A stretch of DNA of 57,222 nt from Candidatus Nealsonbacteria bacterium (lineage in GTDB: Bacteria; Patescibacteriota; Minisyncoccia; Minisyncoccales; GWA2-38-27). The notes beneath the pieces were generated by a model, which saw nothing but the letters and a program-made list of their open reading frames with translations, searched no databases and was not told the origin of the DNA. Every line of letters begins with the position of its first letter. The first letter of the stretch is position 1. The translations under genes and the position numbers were made by a program. The stretch lies in contig JAUWWC010000003.1 in NCBI GenBank assembly GCA_030617105.1, forward strand, positions 1-57,222, read 5' to 3'. Positions 38,392 through 48,599 of the stretch are shown piece by piece.

Positions 38392-38801
38392 GTTTGATTT
38401 TCGGGAGTAATTTCGATAGTACCTTTAGAATGTATAAATTTAACTCTAAACAAATTAAAAAATCCTTTTTGTCCTAAAATCCCAAATCCATGAGGGCTAA
38501 TCTCGTAAGAAAAACCAGCCATAATATTATAGCGCCAGCCACCAATCTCAAGGGTTAAATTATGAAGATAAACTTCAAACGGCTCTCCAGCTATCCCGCT
38601 GAATTCCATTTTCTTCCCAGAACGAATATCAATACCAAAAAGCTCTCCAATTTCCGCATTAAAGATATTAAAATCAGCTCCTGAATCAATTAATGCCTCA
38701 TATTTAATTATTCTTCCATTATATAAAAGCCCAATCGGAATGATTGGCTTTAATAATTCTGTGCCATCAGCTAATCTAAATTTCTTATAGCCAAAACGCA
38801 T
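38364..38801 (-). CDS. Retropepsin-like (clan AA) aspartyl protease
   Basis: ALIDSGAD catalytic motif and ILG..GFF motif. Confidence 0.85.
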   Translation of the reverse strand: MRFGYKKFRLADGTELLKPIIPIGLLYNGRIIKYEALIDSGADFNIFNAEIGELFGIDIRSGKKMEFSGIAGEPFEVYLHNLTLEIGGWRYNIMAGFSYEISPHGFGILGQKGFFNLFRVKFIHSKGTIEITPENQTGLDRSRDV

Positions 38802-38807
38802 ATCAAT

Positions 38808-39020
38808 TTAAGAAATAAAAGAATTTCCCCCTACATAGGGTAAAACAGTAATGGGAACTTTAAAAAGAATTGGGCATTTATATCCTTCTTTTTTGGCCTT
38901 CTCTAAAGTTTCCTTGGCAGAGTCATCAAAAGAAATTACCTTTTTTTCGTCCTCACTAAGGGCCACCCATTTCCCTTTATATTTTTTAGCAATTTCTGTA
39001 AAATCAAGTATTTGTTCCAT
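38808..39020 (-). CDS. DUF5678-like small protein, partner of the protease
   Basis: KKY.GKWVA......V........E....A...G...P..F.VP pattern. Confidence 0.8.
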   Translation of the reverse strand: MEQILDFTEIAKKYKGKWVALSEDEKKVISFDDSAKETLEKAKKEGYKCPILFKVPITVLPYVGGNSFIS

Positions 39021-39074
39021 AATTTTATTTCATTTTAATTTTAACAAATATTAGAAGACAAAGTCAAGTACTAT

Positions 39075-39117
39075 TCAAAAAAACAGCCCCGAAATCAATT
39101 TGTCTGATTTGAGGGCT
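39075..39117 (-). terminator. Cassette terminator, family 2, copy B
   Basis: Shares 27 identical bp with 37935-37961; agccc...gggct stem. Confidence 0.7.
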
Positions 39118-39131
39118 TATTGCTTTTTAAG

Positions 39132-39689
39132 CTATTTAATCTTTAGCAATCCTCGCAATTCTGGGATAGACATTTTGTTATAGCCAGCTCTTAAAACAAA
39201 ACTCTGTCTTTCTACGTCAAGTTCCTCTCTTTCTTTTTTGCTCATTGATTCTTCAAATCCTAGGTCGCATCGGAAAAGTCCCTCTCTTATCAATTCACAT
39301 TTTTCTGTACACGCTGAGTAACCGGCCACAAGTTTATCCGTTTCATCTAAAACAATTTCATCTTCTTTCGACCAAGCAGGTATGCAAAAAACTAAAATTT
39401 TAGTTACCTCTCTTGGAATAAAATAATGAGCTGTATTGGGTGGAATAAGTATTAATGTTCCAGCTTTTATTTCATAAACGTTGGCTCCTATAACCAACTT
39501 CCCCTTGCCTTCAATGATAAAATAAAACTCAGTTGTAATTTTATGGTAATGAGAAACACCGGGAGCACTCATTGTAACTAAGGCTGTGCTTGCTTTGTCA
39601 AAATCTTGTTTTGAGCTTAATACTCTAATCTCCCCACAAATATCTTTTATTGGCTGAACTTTCTCAACAGATATCACAATCTCTTCCAT
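39132..39689 (-). CDS. Cupin domain protein
   Basis: HYH...TEFYFIIEG.G...G......PPNTAH. Confidence 0.85.
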   Translation of the reverse strand: MEEIVISVEKVQPIKDICGEIRVLSSKQDFDKASTALVTMSAPGVSHYHKITTEFYFIIEGKGKLVIGANVYEIKAGTLILIPPNTAHYFIPREVTKILVFCIPAWSKEDEIVLDETDKLVAGYSACTEKCELIREGLFRCDLGFEESMSKKEREELDVERQSFVLRAGYNKMSIPELRGLLKIK

Positions 39690-39694
39690 TATTT

Positions 39695-39787
39695 ATCTCC
39701 TTTTATTAAATTTTAAATTTACATTACATACAGCAACGCACTGCAATGTTTATATCCTATCACACATCCCCAGCCCTGTCAAGCCCA
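39695..39787 (-). repeat. Promoter/leader direct repeat, family 2, copy B
   Basis: 85/93 identical to 38299-38391; TTGACA-17-TAGGAT. Confidence 0.93.
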
Positions 39788-39801
39788 AGAAGCTAAGCTC
39801 T

Positions 39802-42483
39802 TTAGTTTTTAAAAAATCTTTTTCTTAAAAATTTGCCAGTGTATGATTTGGGATTTTTAGCTATTTCATATGGTGTTCCTTCGGCCACGATATATCCTCC
39901 TTTATCCCCTCCTTCAGGTCCGAGATCTATACACCAATCCGCGTTTTTAATAACATCTCCGTTGTGTTCCGAGCTTAAAATAGTATTTCCTTTATTAACT
40001 AACTCTCTTAAAACTTTAACCAATTTCTTAATATCATCTGGGTGAAGACCAGTTGTTGGCTCATCTAAAATGTATAATGTTTTGCCAAAGGATTTCCTGG
40101 AAAGCTCAGTTGCTAATTTTACTCTTTGGGCTTCACCTCCAGACAAAGAAGGAGCTGGCTGACCAAGCTGGATATATGATAAGCCAACTTGATTTAATGT
40201 TTTTAATTTAGAGTAAAGTCCAGGAATATTCTTGAAGAAATCCAATGCCTCTTCATTTGTCATTTCTAAAACTTCAGCAATATTTTTACCTTTATACTCA
40301 ATTTCAAGCGCCTCTTTATTATATCTCTTGCCTTTGCATTCCTTGCACTCAACATAAACATTTGGAAGAAAATACATTTCAACTTTAATCTGACCCTGAC
40401 CCTCACAGGCCTCGCATCTTCCTCCCTTAACATTGAAACTGAACTGACCAGGTAAATAACCTCTAACTCTAGCTTCCCTGGTTTTTGAAAAAAGCTCCCT
40501 TATATATGAAAAAGCGCCAGTGTAGGTTGCAGGATTAGAACGAGGAGTTCTGCCAATCGGTGACTGGTCAACTAAAACAACCTTGTTTAAGGATTCAATG
40601 CCTAAAATCTTCTTATGCTTTCCTGGTTCTTGTTTTGCATGATAAAACTTCTTAAGCAATGCCCTGGCTAAAATATCATTCATTAAAGAACTCTTGCCAG
40701 AACCAGAAACTCCAGTTATACAAACAAATTTACCCAAGGGAATTTTAACATCAATATTTTTAAGATTGTGCTCGGCTGCTCCTTTGATAGCTAAATAATT
40801 AGTCTTGGGTTTTTGGTCTGAACGGCCAATTTCTACTTTCTTCTTTCCAGATAAATATTGACCTGTTAAAGTTTTTGACTTGAGCAGCTGTTTAGGTGTC
40901 CCTTGAAAAATAACTCGGCCTCCATCTTTTCCGGCTCCGGGACCGATATCAATAATCATGTCAGATGAAATAATTATTTCGTACTCGTGCTCCACTATAA
41001 TTAGTGAGTTACCTAACTCCCTTAATTTTTTCAAACTTTCAATTAATCTTCCTTGGTCCCTGGGATGAAGACCAATTGAAGGTTCATCTAAAATGTATAA
41101 AACTCCTGTTAGTTTTGAACCAATTTGAGTAGCTAATCTTATCCTCTGTTCTTCTCCTCCAGCTAAAGTAGCAGCTTTCCTATCCAAAGTTAAATAATCA
41201 AGCCCAACATCAATAAGGAACTGGAGGCGAATAAGAATTTCTTTAACTATTGGCTGAGCAATTTTAGAAAACTCTTTCTCAAATAAAAGCCTTGTTTGAT
41301 TAATTGGCATCTCTACTATTTCATCAATTGACTTGCCCTCTACTTTCACTGCTAAAACTTCTGGTTTTAATCTTTTGCCCAAACATTTAGGGCATTGTCT
41401 TTTTACCATATACTGTTCAATCTCCTGACGAGTCCAGTCAGAATTAGTTTCATGATACTTTGTTTCAAGATTAGATATTACACCCTCAAAACTATTATCT
41501 CCATAAAGAACAATATTCAATATCTTTTTTGGTAAACTCTCAATCGGCTCATCTAAAGAAAAATCATATCTATCTGCCAAACCAGAGAGCTGATGTAAAG
41601 AACGAAAAGACATAATTGCTCCTTCAGCAATAGTTAGCTTTGGGTTTGGAATAAGCAATTCTGGATCAATTCTTAATTTCTCGCCCAAACCAGTACAAAC
41701 AGGACAAGCACCATAAGGACTATTGAAAGAGAAAAGACGTGGCTCTAATTCAGGAATAGAAATGTTGCATTTCTCGCAAGTAAAATTAGTGCTGAAAACT
41801 GAATCGTTGACAACAACGCTACCTTTGCCTATTTTTAAACCTATTTCCAAAGAATCTTTTAATCGCGATTTATCCAAATCTTTATTAATTATCAAACTAT
41901 CTATCACTACTTCAATATTATGATATGTCTTCGGCACCTCTCCAATAGCACAAATTACCCTATCGGTTCTGACTCTGACAAATCCTTTTCTTTTAATCTG
42001 TTCTAAAGAATAATTTGTTGGCGCTGAAATAATAATTTCTGTTTTCTTAACAAATTTCAGAATTTGTTCAACTATTTGATTAACCGTTTGTTGTGAAATT
42101 GGCTTTCCACACTTTGGACAATGTGGCTTTCCAGCCCTTGCAAATAAAAGACGGAGATAATCATAAATCTCCGTTATAGTGCCAACTGTAGAACGAGGGT
42201 TATGCCCTGCTTTTCTCTGGTCAATAGAAATAGCTGGACTAATTCTTTCAATCTTTTCAACATTTGGCTTATCCATTACTCCCAAGAACTGCCTGGCATA
42301 AGTAGATAAACTTTCAACATATCTTCTCTGACCCTCAGCGTATAGAGTATCAAAAGCCAAAGAACTCTTGCCAGAACCTGAAATTCCGGTAATCACTACT
42401 AATTTATTCCTGGGAATATCAACATCAACATTCTTCAAATTATGCACTCTTGCCCCCCGAATTTTAATAACATCCTTTCCCAT
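39802..42483 (-). CDS. uvrA: Excinuclease ABC subunit A; start [10 protein letters not shown]
   Basis: GARVHNLKN, two GxSGSGKS Walker A motifs, zinc fingers, LSGGEAQR. Confidence 0.98.
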   Translation of the reverse strand: MGKDVIKIRGARVHNLKNVDVDIPRNKLVVITGISGSGKSSLAFDTLYAEGQRRYVESLSTYARQFLGVMDKPNVEKIERISPAISIDQRKAGHNPRSTVGTITEIYDYLRLLFARAGKPHCPKCGKPISQQTVNQIVEQILKFVKKTEIIISAPTNYSLEQIKRKGFVRVRTDRVICAIGEVPKTYHNIEVVIDSLIINKDLDKSRLKDSLEIGLKIGKGSVVVNDSVFSTNFTCEKCNISIPELEPRLFSFNSPYGACPVCTGLGEKLRIDPELLIPNPKLTIAEGAIMSFRSLHQLSGLADRYDFSLDEPIESLPKKILNIVLYGDNSFEGVISNLETKYHETNSDWTRQEIEQYMVKRQCPKCLGKRLKPEVLAVKVEGKSIDEIVEMPINQTRLLFEKEFSKIAQPIVKEILIRLQFLIDVGLDYLTLDRKAATLAGGEEQRIRLATQIGSKLTGVLYILDEPSIGLHPRDQGRLIESLKKLRELGNSLIIVEHEYEIIISSDMIIDIGPGAGKDGGRVIFQGTPKQLLKSKTLTGQYLSGKKKVEIGRSDQKPKTNYLAIKGAAEHNLKNIDVKIPLGKFVCITGVSGSGKSSLMNDILARALLKKFYHAKQEPGKHKKILGIESLNKVVLVDQSPIGRTPRSNPATYTGAFSYIRELFSKTREARVRGYLPGQFSFNVKGGRCEACEGQGQIKVEMYFLPNVYVECKECKGKRYNKEALEIEYKGKNIAEVLEMTNEEALDFFKNIPGLYSKLKTLNQVGLSYIQLGQPAPSLSGGEAQRVKLATELSRKSFGKTLYILDEPTTGLHPDDIKKLVKVLRELVNKGNTILSSEHNGDVIKNADWCIDLGPEGGDKGGYIVAEGTPYEIAKNPKSYTGKFLRKRFFKN

Positions 42484-42558
42484 AAGTAATCCATTATACA
42501 TCAAAGCAGGAAAGAATTCAATATTGACTCTTTTAGGAAATTCTGATAACATATATTA

Positions 42559-42930
42559 ATGCACATAGGAAAACTCCTCTTTCATATTGTTTCTGGGATT
42601 TTAGGACTTTTTTTGGCTGCTAAGTTTGTGCCAGGAGTAGAATTTATGGGCAGTTACAAAATGTTAATAATAATTGGAGGAGTTTTAGGAATAATCAATT
42701 TCTTTATTAAACCAATCTTAAAAGCAATCTCTCTGCCTATCAGAATATTAACTTTTGGTCTTTTTAGTTTAGTGATAAATATGGCAATGATCTGGCTAAT
42801 AGAGATTCTTTTCCCAAAAGAAATAGAAATCACTGGCCTCTGGCCCCTTTTCTTAACTACTCTCATTATCTGGGCTCTAAATTTCTTTTTTGGAGTACGT
42901 AATAAAGAGCTTAGACGGACTAAGTTTTAA
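42559..42930 (+). CDS. 4-TM phage-holin-family (YvlD-like) membrane protein
   Basis: N..IKP.L...SLP...LT.GLF..VIN. Confidence 0.85.
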   Translation: MHIGKLLFHIVSGILGLFLAAKFVPGVEFMGSYKMLIIIGGVLGIINFFIKPILKAISLPIRILTFGLFSLVINMAMIWLIEILFPKEIEITGLWPLFLTTLIIWALNFFFGVRNKELRRTKF

Positions 42931-42933
42931 TTT

Positions 42934-43152
42934 ATGGAAAAAATTCTACCAATTGCTCAAAGCATAGTTGCTATTCTTTTAATTGTCTTTGTGCTTGTCC
43001 AGCAAAGAGGAACTGCTTTAGGTTCTGCTTTTGGAGGTGAAGGAGGTGGTTTTTATGCTACTCGTCGGGGCATCCAGAAAAAGATATTCTGGGCAACTAT
43101 AGTCTGCGGAGCCTTATTTATTATTTTGGCTTTACTAAATCTTATTATTTAA
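42934..43152 (+). CDS. secG: Preprotein translocase SecG
   Basis: VL.QQRG..LG.AFGG.....RRG. Confidence 0.92.
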   Translation: MEKILPIAQSIVAILLIVFVLVQQRGTALGSAFGGEGGGFYATRRGIQKKIFWATIVCGALFIILALLNLII

Positions 43153-45044
43153 TGTCTAAAAAATGGCCCGATAGGAAACAATGGAGACAATTTTTTAAAG
43201 TTCTAAGCAAAAAAGAAAAAATTGCTTTTCTTTGTTTTTTTCTTTTATTTCTCTTTTCCTTTAGCTTTCTCCTGCTCAATTTCTATTTCAAAAACACTGA
43301 AAAAGTTCCAGCCAAAGGAGGAACTCATATTGAAGGAGTAGTTGGCCAGCCAAGATTTATTAATCCTGTGTATGCCAATTCTGATGTAGATAGGGACTTA
43401 GTTCAGCTTATCTTTTCTGGCTTGATGAAGTATGATGAAAACCTAAACATAGTTCCTGATTTAACTGAAAGATATGAAATTGAACAAGAAGGTAAGGTAT
43501 ATAAGTTCTATTTAAAAGATGACCTGCTCTGGCAGGACAAAACACCTCTTACTGCTGATGATGTAATCTTTACAATCAAAACAATCCAAAACCCGGATTT
43601 CAAAAGCCCGCTTCAGGCAAATTGGGTAGGAGTAGAAGTGGAGAAAATTGATGAATTAGGAATTAAATTTACTTTAAAGAAACCATATGCTGCTTTTATA
43701 GAAAACTGCACTTTGGGTATTTTGCCAAAACATATCTGGCAAAGCGTGTCTTCAGAAAGTTTCGCTTTTGAATCTCACAACTTAGAACCAATTGGTTCAG
43801 GCCCTTACAAATTAAATAAGATAAAACAAACTAATTCCAACCAGGTAAAATACTTAACTTTAGTTCAGAATTCTCTTTATTACGCTAAAAAGCCAAACAT
43901 CTCTAAAATTGAATTCCTATTCTTTACTAATGAACAAGAACTAATCAAAGCAGCCAGAAAAAGAAAAATCAAAGGATTATCTTTAATTTCCTCTGCTGAC
44001 CTCGGAAAGAAATGGCAAAACTATTCTTTTTTATTGCCAAGATATTTTGCTGTATTCTTCAACCAGGAGGAATCAAAGGTCTTAGCTGAAAAAGAAGTTC
44101 GTTTAGCTCTAAACTATGGAACCAATAAAACAGAAATTAGTCAAAAAATTGTCAATTCCCCTATTCTGCCAGAAATTTATGGATTTGAACAACCGTCGGA
44201 AATCTATGAATTTGATATTGAAAAAGCTAAAAACATCTTAGAACAAGCTGGGTTTAAAGATGAAGATGGAGACGGCTTAAGAGAAAAGGTTATTACAAAA
44301 GAACCTGCTTTTAAATTCAAAAATTATTTAGCAAAAGGCTCAAAAGGCAAGGAGGTAACAGAATTGCAAAAATGTTTAGAGGGTGAAGTAACCGGATATT
44401 TTGGGCCTCAGACAGAACAGCTGGTAATTGAATTCCAAAAAGAATATATTGGAGAGGTCACAGGAACCGTAGGCCCAAAAACCCGAGCTAAATTAAATGA
44501 AATCTGTTTTGAAGAACCAGACGAAATTCTGCCTCTTAAGTTTTCATTAGTAACAGTTGACCAGGCCCAAATGCTTGAAAATGCTGAACTCTTAAAAGAA
44601 CAATGGGGAGTTCTGGGAGCTGAAGTTGAAATTGAAAAATACCCTCTTTTCCAATTAGAACAGGATTTTATTAAACCAAGGAATTACGAGAGCTTGCTCT
44701 TTGGAGAAGTCTTAGGAGCAATTCCTGACCCTTTTCCTTTCTGGCATTCTTCTCAGAAAAGAGATCCTGGATTAAATCTGGCTTTGTATGAAAACAATAA
44801 AGCGGATAAACTTTTAGAAGAAAACAGAAAAGCATCAGACCCAGAAATCAGAGCTGAAAAATTAGTTCTTTTCCAGAACGTCTTAATTGAAGACGCTCCT
44901 TGCCTTTTCCTTTACAGCCCTGATTTTGTTTATGCAGTTTCAAAAGAAATAAAAGGGATAGAAATTAAAAAAATCACTGATCCATCAAAACGCTTTGTAG
45001 GAATTGAAAATTGGTACATCGAAACAAAAAGAGTATGGAAATAG
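43152..45044 (+). CDS. Family-5 ABC solute-binding protein with an inserted peptidoglycan-binding domain
   Basis: IFSGL, PDL, TADDV.FT, PIGSGPY; insert L.KGSKG.EV..LQ..L...G.FGP.T...V..FQ...TG.VGP.TR..LN. Confidence 0.88.
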   Translation: MSKKWPDRKQWRQFFKVLSKKEKIAFLCFFLLFLFSFSFLLLNFYFKNTEKVPAKGGTHIEGVVGQPRFINPVYANSDVDRDLVQLIFSGLMKYDENLNIVPDLTERYEIEQEGKVYKFYLKDDLLWQDKTPLTADDVIFTIKTIQNPDFKSPLQANWVGVEVEKIDELGIKFTLKKPYAAFIENCTLGILPKHIWQSVSSESFAFESHNLEPIGSGPYKLNKIKQTNSNQVKYLTLVQNSLYYAKKPNISKIEFLFFTNEQELIKAARKRKIKGLSLISSADLGKKWQNYSFLLPRYFAVFFNQEESKVLAEKEVRLALNYGTNKTEISQKIVNSPILPEIYGFEQPSEIYEFDIEKAKNILEQAGFKDEDGDGLREKVITKEPAFKFKNYLAKGSKGKEVTELQKCLEGEVTGYFGPQTEQLVIEFQKEYIGEVTGTVGPKTRAKLNEICFEEPDEILPLKFSLVTVDQAQMLENAELLKEQWGVLGAEVEIEKYPLFQLEQDFIKPRNYESLLFGEVLGAIPDPFPFWHSSQKRDPGLNLALYENNKADKLLEENRKASDPEIRAEKLVLFQNVLIEDAPCLFLYSPDFVYAVSKEIKGIEIKKITDPSKRFVGIENWYIETKRVWK

Positions 45045-45619
45045 ATTTAAAAGACAAAACACCAGACATCCGTTATCTATATGATATGAAGGATGTTATA
45101 TATGATAAAGAATGGTTAAAAACAGCCCCTAATCTTGAACTTTATTATATGTATAGGGGCTTGAAAAAGAAAGGAGAGCTGAGATATGATATTACTATTA
45201 TTCCAGCAAGAATGTTGGGTAAAGAATTTACCAAAACTAAAGGCCACGAGCATATTGGAAAATATGGAGAAGTATATATTGTTCTTGAAGGCAAAGCTAT
45301 ATACTTCATGCAAAAACAAAAACAAGATATTATTGAAGATGTTTTTGCAATAAAAGCAAAAAAGGGTGATGTTGCTGTTATTCCTCCTGACTATGCCCAT
45401 GTCACTATTAATCCCTCAGACAAAGATTTAAAAATGGCAAACTGGATGGCATCAAAAGCTAAAAGCGATTACACTCCTATTCAGAAAATGCAAGGCGCTT
45501 GCTATTTCTATACTACAGATGGGTGGATTAAGAATAAAAACTATAAACAAGTTCCCAAACTCCGCTTTGAAAAACCGAAAAAATCAATACCAGAAGATTT
45601 AAGCTTTCTGAAAGGATAA
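45035..45619 (+). CDS. Cupin-type (archaeal-like) glucose-6-phosphate isomerase family protein
   Basis: LRYDITII...LG.EF.KTKGH.H, E.Y.VL.G, IPP.YAH.TINP. Confidence 0.85.
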   Translation: MEIDLKDKTPDIRYLYDMKDVIYDKEWLKTAPNLELYYMYRGLKKKGELRYDITIIPARMLGKEFTKTKGHEHIGKYGEVYIVLEGKAIYFMQKQKQDIIEDVFAIKAKKGDVAVIPPDYAHVTINPSDKDLKMANWMASKAKSDYTPIQKMQGACYFYTTDGWIKNKNYKQVPKLRFEKPKKSIPEDLSFLKG

Positions 45620-45704
45620 GCCGAGGTGGTGAAATTGGCTAGACACGTAGCGTTCAGAGCGCTATGGAGGAAACTCCATGTGGGTTCGACTCCCACCCTC
45701 GGCA
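45620..45704 (+). tRNA. tRNA-Leu (anticodon CAG), CCA not encoded
   Basis: GCCGAGG/CCTCGGC-A acceptor; TAGCG-TTCAGAG-CGCTA anticodon arm; long variable arm; GGTTCGACTCC. Confidence 0.96.
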
Positions 45705-45705
45705 C

Positions 45706-47388
45706 ATGCAAAAAACACAATCAAAAAAGCTCAGAATAATTCCTCTTGGAGGATGCGAAGAAGTCGGTAGAAATATGACTGTTTTTGAGTATGGAAAAGA
45801 TATTGTGATTTTAGATATGGGTATTCAATTCCCTGAAGAAGACATGCCAGGAATTAATTATGTTATTCCTAACACTAAATATCTAAGAGGCAAGGAAAAA
45901 AACATCCGGGCTGTTATCTTTACTCACGGCCATATGGACCATATTGGCGCTGCTCCCATACTTTTAGACAAAATAGGAAATCCTCCAATTATTGGCAGAC
46001 CATTTACCATAGAATTGATTAAATACCGGCAAGAAGATTACTCCAAGGGCAGCTCTAAAAGACTTAAGCCAATTTACGTAAAAAAACTTGAGGAAAAGAT
46101 TAAACTAGGTGCTTTTGATATAGGTTTTTTTCCGGTTGATCACGCTATAATAGATGCCATAGGAGTAATTATTAAAACCCCTGCAGCAACTGTTATTCAT
46201 CCTGGAGACTGGATGATTGAACATAAACCAGTTGGCAGGAAGAAAATAAAATATAATCATTTGGCTAAGCTGCCAAGACCAACAGTTTTAATGCTTGAAA
46301 GTATAGGCGCGACTCAGACTAAGAAGCCTGTAACTGAAAAACAGATGCTTGATAACTTAAAAAGATTAATTAAAGACGCGCCTGGCAGAATTATTATTGC
46401 TACTTTTTCCTCGCAGGTTCAAAGAATTAAGCAGATTATAGAATATGCTTCTGAAGTTGATAAAAAGATTGCCTTGGATGGATTCTCTATAAAAATCAGC
46501 GTAGAGATTGCTAAAAAACTAGGCTATATTAAAACCGAAAAAGGCACTATTGTAACTATAGATAAAATAAGTGATTATCCAGATAAAAGAGTTGTTATCC
46601 TCTGCACTGGTGCCCAAGGAGAAGAAAAAGCAGTTCTGCCAAGAATAGTTAATAACGACCACCGCTTTATTAAGATTAAAAAGAATGACACAGTTATCTT
46701 CTCTTCCTCAGTTGTCCCTGGCCATGAACGTACTGTTCAACGTCTTAAAGATAATCTCTACCGTTTATCTGATAATGTTATCCACAGCGATGTTATGGAT
46801 GTTCATACCTCCGGACACAGCAATGTCCAAGACATCCAAGAGATTATAAGGCAGATTAAACCAGACTATTTTATTCCTGTTTATGCCAATCACTTTATGC
46901 TTAGAGAAGCTGCTAGAATAGCGCATAAAATAGGCGTGCCAGAAAGTAGGATTGTTGTTCCAGACAATGGCTCTGTTATAGAGGTTAGTAAAGAAAGTAT
47001 TGAAACAGGAAAAAAGAAAGTTCCTACTAACTATGTATTTGTTGATGGATTAGGCATTGGGGACGTTGGAGAAATCGTGTTGAGAGATCGCCAAATGCTG
47101 GCTCAAGATGGAATGTTTGTTATTGTGGCAGTTGTGGATAAAAGAACTGGTCAAGTTAAGGGTTCTCCTGATATAATATCAAGAGGATTCATATATTTAA
47201 GAGAATCAAAGGATTTGCTTGCTCAAACAAGAAAAAAGGTAATTAATATTGTCAATAAAACAGCTGCGAGCGGAGGCGCAGTTAACTGGATCCATGTTAA
47301 AAATGAACTCAGGAAAAAGATTGGCCAGTTCCTGTTTTCTAAAACCAAAAGAAGACCCATCATATTACCAGTAGTCATAGAAGTTTAA
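45706..47388 (+). CDS. rnj: Ribonuclease J; start MQKTQ, after the tRNA
   Basis: PLGG..EVGRNM, THGHMDHIG, TGAQGE and HTSGH motifs. Confidence 0.96.
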   Translation: MQKTQSKKLRIIPLGGCEEVGRNMTVFEYGKDIVILDMGIQFPEEDMPGINYVIPNTKYLRGKEKNIRAVIFTHGHMDHIGAAPILLDKIGNPPIIGRPFTIELIKYRQEDYSKGSSKRLKPIYVKKLEEKIKLGAFDIGFFPVDHAIIDAIGVIIKTPAATVIHPGDWMIEHKPVGRKKIKYNHLAKLPRPTVLMLESIGATQTKKPVTEKQMLDNLKRLIKDAPGRIIIATFSSQVQRIKQIIEYASEVDKKIALDGFSIKISVEIAKKLGYIKTEKGTIVTIDKISDYPDKRVVILCTGAQGEEKAVLPRIVNNDHRFIKIKKNDTVIFSSSVVPGHERTVQRLKDNLYRLSDNVIHSDVMDVHTSGHSNVQDIQEIIRQIKPDYFIPVYANHFMLREAARIAHKIGVPESRIVVPDNGSVIEVSKESIETGKKKVPTNYVFVDGLGIGDVGEIVLRDRQMLAQDGMFVIVAVVDKRTGQVKGSPDIISRGFIYLRESKDLLAQTRKKVINIVNKTAASGGAVNWIHVKNELRKKIGQFLFSKTKRRPIILPVVIEV

Positions 47389-47390
47389 TT

Positions 47391-48368
47391 ATGAAAATAT
47401 TAAGTGGCATCCAACCAACAGGTTCAATACATATAGGGAATTACTTAGGCGCTATTAAGCAATGGGTTGAGCTCCAAGAAAAAAATGAATGCATTTTTTT
47501 CATTGCTGATTTGCATTCTCTAACTATTCCCTACAAACCAGAAGAACTGGCAAAAAATATCATTGAAGCGGCTATTGCCCACTTAGCAGCTGGCATTGAT
47601 CCTCAAAAGAGCATTTTCTTTGTCCAATCAGATATTAAAGAACATACAGAACTTTGTTGGCTTTTAAATACTGTGTGTCCAGTTGGTGAGCTTCAAAGAA
47701 TGACCCAGTATAAAGAAAAGACAAAGCAGTTTAAGAAAAACATTAATGCTGGCCTTTTAGTTTATCCTGTTTTGCAGGCAGCTGATATTTTACTTTACAA
47801 AGCAGAAGGAGTGCCAGTGGGCAAAGACCAGGTCCAGCATATTGAGCTAGCAAGAACAATTGCCAGAAAATTCAATCAGAGATTTGGCAAAGTATTTCCA
47901 GAACCCAAAGCTCTGCTTCCTAAAATAGGAGCTAAAATAATGGCTTTAGACAATCCAAAGCAAAAGATGTCAAAATCATTAGGCCCGCAAAGCTATATTT
48001 CTCTTTTTGAAGATTCAAAAGAAATCAAGAAAAAAATAATGTCAGCTGTTACTGACACTGGCAAAGTAATAAAATACAATCCTAATAGAAAACCAGGAAT
48101 CTCTAATCTTTTAACAATTTACAGTTTGTTCAGTGAAAAACCAATAAAAGAATTAGAAAAGAAATTCAAAGACAAGGGTTATGCTTATTTCAAAAAATCC
48201 CTAACTCAACTCTTAATTGACTCTTTAGAACCTTTTCGCAAGAAAAGAAAAGAACTCCTCTCAAGAGAAGTCTTTGTTAAAGAAACTCTTAAAGTAGGAG
48301 CAAAGCGAGCCCAACCAATTGCCGAATCCACCATTCACGAAACCCGCGCCAAAATGGGCCTCGCCTAA
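47391..48368 (+). CDS. trpS: Tryptophan-tRNA ligase
   Basis: SGIQPTG..HIGNYLGA, YPVLQAADIL, VPVGKDQ and KMSKS motifs. Confidence 0.98.
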   Translation: MKILSGIQPTGSIHIGNYLGAIKQWVELQEKNECIFFIADLHSLTIPYKPEELAKNIIEAAIAHLAAGIDPQKSIFFVQSDIKEHTELCWLLNTVCPVGELQRMTQYKEKTKQFKKNINAGLLVYPVLQAADILLYKAEGVPVGKDQVQHIELARTIARKFNQRFGKVFPEPKALLPKIGAKIMALDNPKQKMSKSLGPQSYISLFEDSKEIKKKIMSAVTDTGKVIKYNPNRKPGISNLLTIYSLFSEKPIKELEKKFKDKGYAYFKKSLTQLLIDSLEPFRKKRKELLSREVFVKETLKVGAKRAQPIAESTIHETRAKMGLA

Positions 48369-48455
48369 TGTATCTAAAAAAAAGCCGCTGCGAAAAATAA
48401 CAGCGGTTTTTAATTTTTACCACCTAGCCTTACTACAAGGAACGCTATTTGCTAA

Positions 48456-48599
48456 CTAATGAAGAGCGACTCCGAAACCAACTCCAAAAAGTAAGGCAAG
48501 AAAAATTGCAAGATAAAGTGAGCCAAACTTTAATCCTATTGGAAACCCAATAACTCCAAATACCAATCCCAACATAGGACCACTATATTTATCTTTCAT
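48456..48599 (-). CDS. 47-aa Gly-rich two-helix membrane peptide, not in the ORF track
   Basis: MKDKYSGPMLGLVFGVIGFPIGLKFGSLYLAIFLALLFGVGFGVALH; TTGACA-16-TATAAT at 48666-48693; GAAAGGG SD. Confidence 0.65.
   Translation of the reverse strand: MKDKYSGPMLGLVFGVIGFPIGLKFGSLYLAIFLALLFGVGFGVALH

Noticed and set aside
45664-45705. N-terminal extension of RNase J in the ORF track
   Set aside because: It lies within tRNA-Leu; ATG 45706 is the plausible start.
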